DNA from: an uncultured delta proteobacterium
GTDB lineage: Bacteria; Myxococcota_A; Polyangia; Polyangiales; Polyangiaceae
Direction: 5' to 3'
NCBI GenBank assembly: GCA_963782055.1
Contig: CAWAIF010000003.1
Location: 4,224,001-4,288,000 of the forward strand
Length of the DNA: 64,000 nucleotides
This document shows, one piece after another, positions 12,278 through 25,267 of this stretch. Numbering within the stretch: the first letter of the stretch is position 1; each line of letters begins with the position of its first letter. The notes beneath the pieces were generated by a model. That model did no database searches. It was not told the origin of the DNA and saw only the letters and a list, made by a program, of their open reading frames with translations. The translations under genes and the position numbers were made by a program.

Positions 12278-14291
12278 GTGGAAGAGGATCAGCCCCCGGA
12301 CTCCGAGGAGTCGGCGGACCCCGAGGCGCCGCCCCCGGTGCCGTGCCCGTGGTGCGAGGCGGCGCTGCCCCCCGCGGAGGGGCGCGCCCCCCGCAAGTGC
12401 GAGGCGTGTGGTCGCGAGGCGGTGTTCTGCGCCAAGTACCGCATCACCGGCCTGCTCGGCCGTGGTGGCATGGGCGTCGTCTACTCCGGGGTCCGCATGA
12501 CCGACCACCGCCACGTGGCGATCAGAGATCCTCGCGCCGCCCCACGACGACGACTGGACGGCGTGGGAGCTCTTCGAGCGCTCCTGCCGCGTGCTCCAGC
12601 AGCTGCACCACAGGAGCCTCCCCCACGTCTACGCCTTCGAGCGCACCGAGACCGGACAGCTCGTGCTGGTGCGCGAGCCCATGGACGGCGGGACGCTGGA
12701 GGAGCGCATCGCCACGCTCGACGACCGCCTGTCGCTCGACGAGGTACGCCACCTGCTCGACAAGATGCTCGAGCTCCTCGTGTACCTGCAGGGGCGCGTG
12801 CCGCCGGTCATCCACCGCGACATCAAGCCGTCCAACGTCATGTTCCGCAACGAGGCGAGCTGGGAGCCGGTGCTCGTCGACTTCGACACCATCGTCTCGC
12901 GGCGCAGCGGGCTGACCATCGTCGGTACGCCCGGCTACGCGGCGCCGGAGCAGTTCGCCGCCGAGGCGTCGCCGGCCTCCGACGTCTACGGCCTGGGCGC
13001 CACCATGCTCTTCGTCGCCACCCACGTCGACGCCGACGAGCTCCCGCGCAAGGATGGTCGCTTCCACGTCCGCGACAAGCTCACCTCACTGGACGACGCG
13101 CTGGTGGACGTGCTCGAGCGCATGGTGGAGCCGGACCTCTCGCGGCGCTACGCGTCGGCGCGCGCGGTGCGCGCGGCGCTGAGCGACCTGGGTCACGTCC
13201 ACGCGCCCCCGCCGCGCCCGCCGCCCCCGGCGGAGGTCGCGCGGCGCGCGCCGGTTCCGGCGCCCACCCCATCGCGCGGGGCCGGAAAGTACATCGGCGG
13301 CGCCCTCGGGCTCCTGGTCTTCGGCCTGATCATCAAGCACCAGATCGCCGTCCGCTTCGCCGAGGCGCCCCCCCCGCCACCCTCCGCCGCCGCGGACGAC
13401 GACGCTTCGACCCCCGACGCCCGGCAGAACGCCCTCGACGATCGCGGCTGCAAGGCGCGTGACGCCGAGGCCTGCTTCAACCTCGCCCTGCGCTACGACG
13501 ATGGCACCCACGGCATCACCAAGGACTGGGCGCGCGCCGCCGCCCTCTACGACGAAGCCTGCAAGTACGGCAACGCCACCGCCTGCAACAACCTGGGCGT
13601 CGACTACAACTACGGCTACGGGGTGAAGGCGGACATGGACGCCGCCATCTCCCTGTACGGGGTGGCCTGCGACGGCGGCGACCAGCACGGATGCAACAAC
13701 CTCGGCAACGTCTACGACGACAACGCCGGCGACTCCGGAGTCCCACCCGACTACGCGCGCGCCCTCGCCATCTTCAGCGACGGGTGCGACCGCGACGACG
13801 GCCTCGCCTGCAACAACCTCGGCTGGATGAACGAGGCCGGCCACGGCACGCCCAAGGACCTGAAGAAGGCGGCCAGCCTCTACGGCCTGGCGTGCGATCA
13901 CGGCTACCTCCACGCCTGCCGCAACACCGGCCTCATGTACGAGAGCGGCCGGGGCGTGGATAAGGACGAGCGCCGCGCCGTCGCCCTCTTCCGCCGCTCG
14001 TGCGTGGACAGCGAGAAGAGCGGGTGCATCGAGCTCGGGCGCATGCTGCGTGACGGCCGGGGCACGCGGAAGGACCTCCCCGGCGCCGCCGACGCCCTCC
14101 AGACCGCCTGCGACGACGACTTCCGCGACGCGTGCGACGACCTCGGGCGGATGGTCGCCGCCGGCCAGGGCGTCCCGAAGGACCCCGCCAAGGCGCGCGA
14201 CCTCTTCCTCCAGGCCTGCCTGGGCGACACCGACGCCGGCTGCTCCGATCTCGCCAGGGCCCAGGCCCAGGACGACGCGCGAGACCCCTGA
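12278..14291 (+). CDS. Ser/Thr protein kinase with N-terminal Cys zinc ribbon, TM helix and Sel1-like repeats (frameshifted near 12525)
   Basis: Frame A has [18 protein letters not shown] and VAI. Frame B has [23 protein letters not shown] and ACNNLG repeats. Removing one G from ATCAGAGATC restores VAIK. Confidence 0.85.
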
Positions 14292-14323
14292 CGCGAGCCC
14301 CGCGCGGACCCTATAGCTGGTCC

Positions 14324-15718
<1,395 letters not shown>

Positions 15719-16261
15719 TCAGGTCACGACGCTGCTCGCCTGGGGGCCCTTGTCGCCGTCTTCCTCCACGAAGCGGACCTCGCTGCCGATGGCCAGGCGC
15801 TGGAAGGCGCCGTGGAGGACGCTGTTGCGGTGGAAGTAGACCTCGTCACCCTCCGGCGTCTCCAGGAAGCCGAAGCCCTCGTAGTGGAAGATCTTCTTCA
15901 CACGCCCGCGGCGGCGCGCCGGCTCGTGGTGCTTGACCTGCTGCCGATCCATGCGGGATTGCTCCAGCAGCAGCCGGCCCGCCTCGTCGAACACCTCGTC
16001 GATGGCGGCGTACAGGTCCTGGTGGCGAATGTCGTCGCCGGGATCGCGCTGGACGACGACCTCGTGACCGGGGATCTTCACGTCGACACGCACGCGGTAA
16101 TCCTTGCCGTGGAGGCGGTGCCGGTGTGGGCATTCGAGCGCGACGTGGCAGCTCGTGATTCTTGGGTGGAAGGTGTCGAGCTTCTGGGTGTGCTTGGTGA
16201 CGTAATCGCGAACGGGATCGGATGGGGGGATATCACGGAATGTGATCTGAACCTGTTGCAT
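15719..16261 (-). CDS. HPF/RaiA ribosome-associated protein fused to a cold-shock domain
   Basis: QITFRDIPPS...DLYAAIDEVFD (HPF); GFGFLET..EVYFHRNSV..GDKGPQAS (CSD). Confidence 0.88.
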   Translation of the reverse strand: MQQVQITFRDIPPSDPVRDYVTKHTQKLDTFHPRITSCHVALECPHRHRLHGKDYRVRVDVKIPGHEVVVQRDPGDDIRHQDLYAAIDEVFDEAGRLLLEQSRMDRQQVKHHEPARRRGRVKKIFHYEGFGFLETPEGDEVYFHRNSVLHGAFQRLAIGSEVRFVEEDGDKGPQASSVVT

Positions 16262-16273
16262 GCACACCGGGAG

Positions 16274-16289
16274 AGCAACGCGCGGGCCA
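16274..16289 (-). promoter_or_regulatory. Sigma-54 (-24/-12) promoter
   Basis: Minus strand TGGCCCG-CGCG-TTGCT, 12 nt upstream of the HPF-CSD ATG. Confidence 0.75.
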
Positions 16290-16400
16290 CGCGCCTTTCC
16301 CGGAAAATTCGCGCGTCTTGCCTGCGCGCGACGTGTCAGCGGTGCGTTCCGCTGCAAGGCATGCGCGCAACGCGTACGCGTCCACGCCGGGCGGTGGAGC

Positions 16401-16985
16401 TTAGGACGAGATCCAGCCCAGCGCCTGCAAGTCGCTGACCAGGGCGAGCGGGACGTTGTCCGGCGTGACCACGGTGATCTGACGCGCGCGCGCCGCGGCC
16501 ATCGTCCGGAGCACCCCGGCGGGCGCCGTGCTGTCGACGACGCTCTCCGCTCGCGATGCGAGATCGCGCGCGCTGGCGTCGGCGAACCGCCGACGCCAGA
16601 GGTGCTCCAGCTCCCCGCGGCGCGGGGCGAGATCCGCGTCGCACACGACGCCGACGAAGCGGCCGACCGCGTCGACCACGGGAAGCACGTGCGCGCGCAG
16701 CTCGGCGAACACGGCGGCGAGCTCGGGGGCGGCGAGATCCTCGGCCAGGCGTACGGCGCCGTTGACGAGCCGCGCCCCCACGCCCTCGTCGCCGCCCTCC
16801 ACGTCCGGCCTGCAGCGGACCGCGGCGCCCTCGCCCTCTCCGATGGACAACGTCCGCGGGCACACCACGCACTCCTCGAGCGGAAGCGTCCGACGCTTCC
16901 GCGGGCAGTACACCACCTCGCCCGTGGTGCGGCGACCCCGCCGACCCATGACGTCCAGCGTGAGGATGGGGAGTGCCCGGATCAT
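16401..16985 (-). CDS. CBS domain protein with N-terminal Cys cluster
   Basis: LPVVDAVGRFVGVVCDADL and ITVVTPDNVPLALVSDL CBS-like motifs; YCPR..CVVC..C. Start position uncertain. Confidence 0.6.
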   Translation of the reverse strand: MIRALPILTLDVMGRRGRRTTGEVVYCPRKRRTLPLEECVVCPRTLSIGEGEGAAVRCRPDVEGGDEGVGARLVNGAVRLAEDLAAPELAAVFAELRAHVLPVVDAVGRFVGVVCDADLAPRRGELEHLWRRRFADASARDLASRAESVVDSTAPAGVLRTMAAARARQITVVTPDNVPLALVSDLQALGWISS

Positions 16986-17000
16986 CCTTCGCAAGAGACG

Positions 17001-17016
17001 AGCACACCACGTGCCA
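17001..17016 (-). promoter_or_regulatory. Sigma-54 (-24/-12) promoter
   Basis: Minus strand TGGCACG-TGGT-GTGCT (GG-N10-GC), just upstream of the CBS gene. Confidence 0.65.
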
Positions 17017-17021
17017 CAGCG

Positions 17022-17051
17022 AAAAACCCGCGGGACACGGGGTCCCGCGGG
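17022..17051 (-). terminator. Intrinsic terminator after gnd
   Basis: 10-bp stem CCCGCGGGAC/GTCCCGCGGG followed by TTTTT on the minus strand. Confidence 0.75.
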
Positions 17052-17096
17052 CCTTCCGGGGTGCAGCCTTTGCGGTCGGCTGCGGCGCGTGCGCGG

Positions 17097-18107
<1,011 letters not shown>

Positions 18108-18260
18108 CCCGCGCTCCTTTTGCTTGGTGCTGTCGTTGGAGGCCGAAGGGTAAGGCGACGCGGCGGCGCCCACAAGCCACGCCTGAGGCGGGACCGGATG
18201 GTGCGCCGGCACGCCCCGGAGGCGGGGTGCGGGCCGGGCTCGCGGTGTTACCTTTCCCCC

Positions 18261-18413
18261 ATGGCCGACGACAGCAAGAAGGACGACGTGGTCGTGCACT
18301 GCCCGAAGTGCAACGCGGAGGTCAGGGTGAGCGAGCGGGAGGCGCAGGCGAAGATGGTCGTCACCTGCCCGAACGGCCACCGCGTGGAGCTGGTGCGCAG
18401 TCTCCTGGCGTGA
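18261..18413 (+). CDS. 50-aa zinc-ribbon-like microprotein
   Basis: [21 protein letters not shown]...[17 protein letters not shown]. Host-like codon usage; TACCTT 6 nt upstream. Confidence 0.7.
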   Translation: MADDSKKDDVVVHCPKCNAEVRVSEREAQAKMVVTCPNGHRVELVRSLLA

Positions 18414-18503
18414 CGGCGGCGTCTCGCGTGACGACCGCGTGACGGCTGGCGCGGGCGCGCGGGATCCGTGCGACGCGACCCGCCGCGGGGCTATGCTCCG
18501 GGC

Positions 18504-19295
18504 GTGTTCCGCTTCCTGCGCCGGCGCAAGCTCGAGGCCCTGAAGGCGCGGCCGCTCCCCGAGGCGTGGCGCGCCGTCGCCCTGCGCAACGTCCCGTACC
18601 TGCGCGACCTGCCGCCGGAGGACCTGCGCGAGCTGGAGGGGCTGATGCAGATCTTCCTCGCCGAGAAGCGGTTCGAGGGCTGCGGCGGGATGGAGATCAC
18701 CGACGAGGTGCGGGTCACGGTGGCCGCGCAGGCGTGCCTCTTGCTCCTGCACCGCGACACCGACGTCTACCCGGATCTGGTCAGCATCGTCATCTACCCG
18801 AGCGCCTTCCGCGTGCCGAGCCGGCAGCCCGCGGGCGGCGTGGTGATCGAGGGCACCAGCACCCTCGCGGGCGAGTCGTGGGCGCGCGACGTCGTGGTGC
18901 TCTCGTGGGACCACGTCGTCGCCGACGCGCGCAACCCCGCCGACGGCAAGAACGTCGTCCTGCACGAGTTCGCACACCAGCTCGACGCCGAGGAAGGGGC
19001 GATGGACGGCGCCCCGGACCTCGGCTCGGGCAAGCGCTACGGCCCGTGGGCGCGGGTGCTCGGCGCGGAGTACGAGGAGCTCGCGCGGGAGCTGCGCGAG
19101 GGGCTGCGCGGCGACATCGACACCTACGGCGCGAAGAACCCGCCGGAGTTCTTCGCCGTCGTGACCGAGGAGTTCTTCGAGAAGCCGCTCGCCCTGCGCG
19201 AGCGCCACCCCGAGCTCTACGCCCAGCTCCGCGACTTCTACCGGCAAGACCCCGCGGAGCGCCGAGCATCCAATCAAGAAAGGGACCCACGATGA
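18504..19295 (+). CDS. MtfA-family zinc peptidase (M90)
   Basis: [42 protein letters not shown]. Confidence 0.88.
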   Translation: MFRFLRRRKLEALKARPLPEAWRAVALRNVPYLRDLPPEDLRELEGLMQIFLAEKRFEGCGGMEITDEVRVTVAAQACLLLLHRDTDVYPDLVSIVIYPSAFRVPSRQPAGGVVIEGTSTLAGESWARDVVVLSWDHVVADARNPADGKNVVLHEFAHQLDAEEGAMDGAPDLGSGKRYGPWARVLGAEYEELARELREGLRGDIDTYGAKNPPEFFAVVTEEFFEKPLALRERHPELYAQLRDFYRQDPAERRASNQERDPR

Positions 19296-21649
19296 CCGAA
19301 CCTTCCCCGGACCTGCTCGCGCGCATGGACGCCTACTGGCGCGCCGCGAACTACCTCTCCGTCGGGCAGATCTACCTGCTGGACAACGCCCTGCTGCGCC
19401 AGCCGCTCGGCATCGAGCACGTCAAGCCGCGCCTCCTCGGTCACTGGGGGACGACCCCCGGCCTCAACTTCGTCTACGTGCACCTCAATCGCGTCATCTG
19501 CGAGCGCGACGTCTCGGTGATGTACGTGTGCGGTCCCGGCCACGGCGGCCCGGGCATGGTGGCCAACGCCTGGCTGGAGGGGACCTACAGCGAGGTCTAC
19601 CCCAACGTCTCGCTGGACGCGGAGGGCATGCAGCACCTCTTCAAGCAGTTCTCCTTCCCCGGCGGTATCCCGAGCCACGTCGCGCCGGAGACTCCGGGGT
19701 CCATCCACGAGGGGGGCGAGCTCGGGTACTCGCTGGCGCACGCGTACGGCGCGGTCTTCGACAACCCGGACCTGGTGGTCGCCTGCGTCGTGGGCGACGG
19801 CGAGGCGGAGACCGGCCCGGCCGCCACCGGGTGGCACGCCAACAAGTTCATCAACGCCGCACGGGACGGCGCGGTGCTGCCCATCCTTCACCTGAACGGC
19901 TACAAGATCGCCGGGCCCACCGTGCTCGCGCGCATCCCCGACGAGGAGCTCGGCGAGCTGATGCGCGGCTACGGCTACGACCCGGTCTTCGTCGCCGGGA
20001 GCGACCCGGAGCCCACCCACCGCGCCATGGCCTCCGCGCTGGACTACGCCTTCGAGGCGATCGACCAGATCCAGCACGCGGCCCGCAAGCGCGGCGATGC
20101 GTCGCGCCCCCGCTGGCCGATGATCGTGCTCCGCACGCCGAAGGGCTGGACCGGGCCGAAGGTGGTGGACGGCAAGCCGGTGGAGGGGACGTTCCGCGCG
20201 CACCAGGTGCCGCTCTCCGCGCTGGCCTCGCACCCCGACCACGTGCGCATGCTGGAGCAGTGGATGCGCAGCTACCGACCGGAGGAGCTGTTCGACGACG
20301 ACGGGAGCCCCCGGGCCGAGCTGCGCGCGCTGCCGCCGAAGGGGCCGCGCCGGATGAGCGCCAACCCCCACGCCAACGGCGGCGCGCTGCTGCGCGACCT
20401 GCGCATGCCCAACTTCCGCGACTACGCCGTGAGCGTCCCCTCCCCCGGCGCCGCCGTCGCCGAGGCGACGCGCGTCCAGGGCGCCCTCATCCGCGACGTG
20501 CTGACCGAGAACGCGGGCCAGAAGAACTTCCGCGTCTTCTCCCCCGACGAGACCATGTCCAACCGCTGGTCGCCCGTCTTCGAGGTGGAGACGCGCATGT
20601 CCATGGCGGAGGTGCGAGGCGACGACGAGCGCGTCTCGCACGAGGGACGCGTCATGGAGGTGCTCAGCGAGCACATGTGCCAGGGCTGGCTGGAGGGCTA
20701 CCTGCTGACGGGCCGGCACGGCTTCTTCTCCTGCTACGAGGCCTTCATCCACATCGTGGACTCCATGTTCAACCAGCACGCCAAGTGGCTGAAGACCACG
20801 CGCGCCATCCCCTGGCGGCGGCCGATCGCCTCGCTCAACTACCTGCTCACGAGCCACGTCTGGCGACAGGACCACAACGGCTTCTCGCACCAGGACCCCG
20901 GCTTCATCGATCACGTCATCAACAAGAAGGCGGAGGTGATTCGCGTCTACCTCCCGCCGGACGCCAACACGCTCCTCTCGGTGACGGACCACTGCCTGCG
21001 CAGCCGGCATTACGTCAACGTCATCGTGGCCGGCAAGCAGCCGTCGCCGCAGTGGCTGGACATCGACTCCGCCGTGCGCCACTGCGCCGCGGGGATCGGC
21101 ATCTGGGAGTGGGCTTCCAACGACGCCGGACACGAGCCGGACGTGGTGATGGCGTGCGCCGGGGACGTGCCGACCCTCGAGACGCTCGCCGCGGTCTCCA
21201 TCCTGCGGCAGAAGCTACCCGAGCTGCGGGTGCGCGTCGTGAACGTGGTGGATCTGATGAAGCTGCAGCCCACCACCGAGCACCCGCACGGCCTCTCCGA
21301 CAGAGACTTCGACGCCCTCTTCACGAAGGACAGGCCCATCATCTTCGCCTTTCACGGCTACCCCTGGCTGATCCACCGCCTCGCGTACCGCCGCACCAAC
21401 CATGCCAACCTGCACGTGCGCGGCTACAAGGAAGAGGGCACTACCACCACCCCCTTCGACATGGTCGTACGCAACGATCTGGACCGTTACCACCTCGTGG
21501 CCGATGTGGTCGACCGGGTGCCCTCGCTCGGCTCGCGCTCCGGGTACATCAAGCAGTGGGTGCACGACAAGCTGGTGGACCACGAGCAGTACGTCACCCG
21601 CTACGGGGAGGACATGCCGGAGATCCGCGACTGGCAGTGGGGGCGCTGA
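19292..21649 (+). CDS. xfp: Phosphoketolase
   Basis: [54 protein letters not shown]. Confidence 0.96.
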   Translation: MTEPSPDLLARMDAYWRAANYLSVGQIYLLDNALLRQPLGIEHVKPRLLGHWGTTPGLNFVYVHLNRVICERDVSVMYVCGPGHGGPGMVANAWLEGTYSEVYPNVSLDAEGMQHLFKQFSFPGGIPSHVAPETPGSIHEGGELGYSLAHAYGAVFDNPDLVVACVVGDGEAETGPAATGWHANKFINAARDGAVLPILHLNGYKIAGPTVLARIPDEELGELMRGYGYDPVFVAGSDPEPTHRAMASALDYAFEAIDQIQHAARKRGDASRPRWPMIVLRTPKGWTGPKVVDGKPVEGTFRAHQVPLSALASHPDHVRMLEQWMRSYRPEELFDDDGSPRAELRALPPKGPRRMSANPHANGGALLRDLRMPNFRDYAVSVPSPGAAVAEATRVQGALIRDVLTENAGQKNFRVFSPDETMSNRWSPVFEVETRMSMAEVRGDDERVSHEGRVMEVLSEHMCQGWLEGYLLTGRHGFFSCYEAFIHIVDSMFNQHAKWLKTTRAIPWRRPIASLNYLLTSHVWRQDHNGFSHQDPGFIDHVINKKAEVIRVYLPPDANTLLSVTDHCLRSRHYVNVIVAGKQPSPQWLDIDSAVRHCAAGIGIWEWASNDAGHEPDVVMACAGDVPTLETLAAVSILRQKLPELRVRVVNVVDLMKLQPTTEHPHGLSDRDFDALFTKDRPIIFAFHGYPWLIHRLAYRRTNHANLHVRGYKEEGTTTTPFDMVVRNDLDRYHLVADVVDRVPSLGSRSGYIKQWVHDKLVDHEQYVTRYGEDMPEIRDWQWGR

Positions 21650-21918
21650 GCGGACGTGCCGAGGGCGACGCGCGTTGTGATGCGCAGATGCCCGTAGTGA
21701 TGTACCGCGCCGTACGACCATGCAGGCAGCACGCGTCTTTTTCGTCACCGGCGCGGTGTGTTTCCCCCCAAATCGCCGCAAATCGCGGTGACAAGTCCCG
21801 TTTTCGGGACACCGACGCACATTGCCTCATGATGAAAGTGCACTCCAAACGCAATGCGTGCGGCCCGCCGCGCGCGCGCCTCGCGCGATAGCGCGCTAAA
21901 CTGGCGCGCAACCGTTGC

Positions 21919-21934
21919 TGGAATGCTCGTTGCT
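21919..21934 (+). promoter_or_regulatory. Sigma-54 (-24/-12) promoter
   Basis: TGGAATG-CTCG-TTGCT about 90 bp upstream of the cytochrome-porin ATG. Confidence 0.65.
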
Positions 21935-22020
21935 CTGCCGTGGCGACATGGAAGGTGGGCACTCACGGTCGAGATTCTCTTGATCGCCGGGGTGCCGCCG
22001 AATCGACGGGAGGACGTCGC

Positions 22021-23508
22021 ATGTCGACCCACCGACGTGTACTGATCTACTTCGCGAGCGCCATCGCGGCGATGATCACCTATTTCTCCATTCAACCGGA
22101 CGCGCTCGCGGTACCGTCCTTTGCGCGCAAGTACCAGACGAGCTGCCAGACCTGTCACACCGTCTACCCGATGCTCAACTCCTTCGGCGAAGCGTTCCGC
22201 CGGGACGGTTATCGATTCCCGAGCGAGAACGGCAGCGTCGACAGCGACGTCGTGAAGGCGGACACCATCGCGCTGGGGCAGGAAGAGTACAAGAAGACCT
22301 TCCCCGACTCGGTTTGGCCCGACGTCATCACGCAGGCCGTCCCGCTCTCCGGGATGATCAACGGCGGCGTCGCGATGAACATGCCCGACTCCGACGCCAA
22401 GGCCGGCGCGGGGAATGTCTTCACCTGGGACGGCATCGTCGAGGAGGCACACCTCTTCGCGGCCGGCGCGTTCAACGACAAGCTGACGTACTTCACCCAG
22501 CTCACCTTCGCGAGCGACGGCCTGGACCTGGAGACCGGATACGTGCTCTGGAGCGACATCGTCGGTCCGCGGCACCTGGTCAACCTCTGGGCGGGGCGGA
22601 TGATGGCCCCGCAGCTCACCAGCTGGGCGCTTCATAGCTCGTACCTGAGCGACAGCTACATGCCCGCCACGTCAATCGGCGGACTCTACAGCGCATCGGG
22701 CAACGGCTTCTCGCTCGGGATGGGTCACTCCGACGGCGTGGAGGTCAACGGCATCGTCGCGCACCGCATGAGCTACGCGCTCGGCTGGCTCGCCTCGCAG
22801 CCTTCCGACGGCCTGAACCTGCCCAACGCCGAGGAGGCCTACGCGCACCTGGGCTTCAAGCTGGGAGGCATGTCTCTGGACGGTGAGGGCGCCGGCGGCG
22901 CGCACGTGACCGACCCGAAGAAGCCTTGGGCGGAGACGTCCGTCACGCTCGACCTCTTCGGCTACCACGGCCTGAGCCTCAACGACAACGGGACGGGCAT
23001 CGACGGCCCGATCGCGCAGAACGACTCGGTCAACGCCATCGGCGGCGCGCTCCGCGTGCAGATCCAGTCGCTCAACATCAACGCCGGCCTGCAGGTGGAG
23101 CACCACTCCGCGCCGTACCCCGGGAGCGCCGCGACGCCGGCCGCCCCCCCCGACCAGCCCAACGATCTGCCGGGCGCGCCGGACTTCACGTCGGGCACCG
23201 GAGTCACGCAGTACAACGAGATCAACTACGTGATCTTCCCGTGGCTCGTCCCGGGCATCCGCACCGAGTACACACACCTCGACCTGGAGGGCGGCGGCGC
23301 CGCCGGCCTGCTCCGCGTCATCCCCGGCGTGGCGATGGCGATGCGGCCCAACATCCGGCTCATCCTCACTGCAGACTTCGAGTACGCGCACGGTCTCCCG
23401 CCGACGGGGGCGTGGGACGCCGCGGGAGGCGCGATCGTCGCCCCCGACGGACAGGACAGCAAGCTCGAGGCCGAAACCGTAAACGCCACCATGAACTGGG
23501 CGTTCTGA
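22021..23508 (+). CDS. Cyc2-like fused monoheme cytochrome c-porin
   Basis: Signal peptide, then AVPSFARKYQTSCQTCHTVYPMLNSFGEAFRRDGY, a long beta-strand-rich body and C-terminal Phe (MNWAF). SD GGAGG. Confidence 0.78.
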   Translation: MSTHRRVLIYFASAIAAMITYFSIQPDALAVPSFARKYQTSCQTCHTVYPMLNSFGEAFRRDGYRFPSENGSVDSDVVKADTIALGQEEYKKTFPDSVWPDVITQAVPLSGMINGGVAMNMPDSDAKAGAGNVFTWDGIVEEAHLFAAGAFNDKLTYFTQLTFASDGLDLETGYVLWSDIVGPRHLVNLWAGRMMAPQLTSWALHSSYLSDSYMPATSIGGLYSASGNGFSLGMGHSDGVEVNGIVAHRMSYALGWLASQPSDGLNLPNAEEAYAHLGFKLGGMSLDGEGAGGAHVTDPKKPWAETSVTLDLFGYHGLSLNDNGTGIDGPIAQNDSVNAIGGALRVQIQSLNINAGLQVEHHSAPYPGSAATPAAPPDQPNDLPGAPDFTSGTGVTQYNEINYVIFPWLVPGIRTEYTHLDLEGGGAAGLLRVIPGVAMAMRPNIRLILTADFEYAHGLPPTGAWDAAGGAIVAPDGQDSKLEAETVNATMNWAF

Positions 23509-23522
23509 GAAAGGTTCCATCC

Positions 23523-24278
23523 ATGAATACGAAGTCTACTGCCGTTGCCTTGTGTCTCGTGCTCGCCGCGGCCTGCGGGGGCGAGGCAGCGTCCTCTGGA
23601 CCGCCCACCACCGGCGCCACGGCCACGCCGGTGGCCGCCACCTCCGCGCCGGCCACGACCGACGCGCCTCCGCCTGCCGTGCCCAGCGCATCCGCCGCCT
23701 CGAGCACCGCCGCGAGCACGACGCCGACGCCCGCCACCACGCCACCGCCCCCCGCAGGTAAAGCCGACATCTCCGGCACGGTGACGACCATGCCTGCCAA
23801 GGCCATCCGTGGCGGCGCGGTCGTCTACCTGGAGAACGCGCCGAAGGAGGCCGGCGTCGGCATGTCGGCCACCGTCGACAACATCCGCATGGCGTTCGTC
23901 CCGTACCTGACCGTCATCACGGCGGGCGGCACGGTCAAGTTCGCCAACAAGGACCCCTTCCCGCACAACGTCTTCTCCCCCCCGCCCAGCGGCTGGAACA
24001 TCGGCAACCTGGCGCCGCACGCGGTCAAGGAGAGGACGTTCGCCCAGCCGGGCACGCACACGCTGCTCTGCAACCTTCACCCGAACATGATCGGCTACAT
24101 CGTGGTGTCACCCTCGAGCTACTTCGTGAAGACGGACCACAAGGGGCACTACGTGCTCAAGGATGTCCCCGCCGGCACGTACAAGATCTCGGCGTGGGCG
24201 CCTCGGCTCAAGACGACCACCCAGTCCGTCACGGTGGCGGGCAGCCCGGTGACCGTCGACCTCGCGGTGCGCCGGTAG
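23523..24278 (+). CDS. Cupredoxin-domain lipoprotein with carboxypeptidase-regulatory-like domain
   Basis: Lipobox AAAC, Pro/Thr/Ala linker, PHNVFS...LLCNLHPNM (H/C/H/M type-1 Cu ligands), LKDVPAGTYKISAW. Confidence 0.82.
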   Translation: MNTKSTAVALCLVLAAACGGEAASSGPPTTGATATPVAATSAPATTDAPPPAVPSASAASSTAASTTPTPATTPPPPAGKADISGTVTTMPAKAIRGGAVVYLENAPKEAGVGMSATVDNIRMAFVPYLTVITAGGTVKFANKDPFPHNVFSPPPSGWNIGNLAPHAVKERTFAQPGTHTLLCNLHPNMIGYIVVSPSSYFVKTDHKGHYVLKDVPAGTYKISAWAPRLKTTTQSVTVAGSPVTVDLAVRR

Positions 24279-24287
24279 GAGGCACGA

Positions 24288-24800
24288 ATGAAGCGCTATC
24301 TGCTCGCCTTGGCCGTGCTCGCCACGGCCGCCTGCACGTCCGAGTCGCAGCCGGGGGACACACAACCACCCCCGCCGAACACCGCCGCGACGGTGGTCGC
24401 GCTCGCCAGCGCGACACCCCCGCCGGAGAAGGCGGCGGAGCTCCACGTGACCGTCACGGGCACCACCATGGCGTTTACTCCGACGGCGCTCACGGTCAAG
24501 GAGGGCCAGACGGTGCACCTGACCATCGAGAACAAGCTGCCGGGCGCGCTACCCCACAACTGGGCGCTCGTCATGCCCGGGACGGAGGCGCAGGTCGCGG
24601 CCGACGGCCTCACGAAGGGCGAGGCGGCCAACTACATCGCGCCCGGGCCCAACCTGCTCGCCAACACGCCGCTGGTGAAGCCCGGGAACACCGCCGACGT
24701 CACCTTCAAGGCGCCCGACGCGGGCAAGTACCCCTACATCTGCACCTTCCCCGGGCACTACCTGATGATGCACGGAGTGCTCACCGTGACCCCGCAGTGA
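24288..24800 (+). CDS. Azurin/auracyanin-like blue copper lipoprotein
   Basis: Lipobox TAAC, PHNWALV, YPYICTFPGHYLMMHG. SD AGGAGG. Confidence 0.9.
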   Translation: MKRYLLALAVLATAACTSESQPGDTQPPPPNTAATVVALASATPPPEKAAELHVTVTGTTMAFTPTALTVKEGQTVHLTIENKLPGALPHNWALVMPGTEAQVAADGLTKGEAANYIAPGPNLLANTPLVKPGNTADVTFKAPDAGKYPYICTFPGHYLMMHGVLTVTPQ

Positions 24801-24819
24801 CACGCAAGGAGCGACGACA

Positions 24820-25263
24820 ATGTCGAGACTGACTCCTCTCTTCGGGCTGCTGCTCGTGACCGCGGCCGTCGCGGGCGTCGGCGCGTGCAACGAGGTGGGC
24901 GACTGCCCCGCCGACGCCGCGACCATCCACGACGGTGACCCGTGCTCGGGCGAGGGACTGCAGTGCGCCCAGGACGTGACCTTCACCGCCTGCGACGGGA
25001 CTCAGCAGACCATCGCGTCGAGCTGCACCTGCACGGAGGGGGCGTGGTCCTGCCCCTCCGAGCCGGACTGCGACGCGGGCGGCGGTGGTGACGACGCCGG
25101 CGAGGACGCCGCCGACGCGTCCGAGGACGTGACCGCCGACGCCCCGGAGGACGTGGCCACCGACGCACCCGCTGACGCCGCGACCGACGCCCCCGCCGAC
25201 GCCGCGACCGACGCCCCCGCCGACGCCGCGACCGACGCCCCCGCCGACGCCGCGAGCGAGTGA
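24820..25263 (+). CDS. Cys-rich lipoprotein with acidic DAPADAAT repeat tail
   Basis: Lipobox VGAC, further Cys residues, repeated DAATDAPA. SD AAGGAG. Confidence 0.7.
   Translation: MSRLTPLFGLLLVTAAVAGVGACNEVGDCPADAATIHDGDPCSGEGLQCAQDVTFTACDGTQQTIASSCTCTEGAWSCPSEPDCDAGGGGDDAGEDAADASEDVTADAPEDVATDAPADAATDAPADAATDAPADAATDAPADAASE
25126..25254 (+). repeat. 24-bp coding tandem repeat
   Basis: GACGCCGCGACCGACGCCCCCGCC exact at 25174, 25198 and 25222, with degenerate copies upstream. Confidence 0.85.
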
Positions 25264-25267
25264 GCGC

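Noticed and set aside
21901..21918. Second sigma-54 motif TGGCGCGCAACCGTTGC
   Set aside because: GG-to-GC spacing is 12 nt rather than 10. The adjacent motif at 21919-21934 fits correctly.
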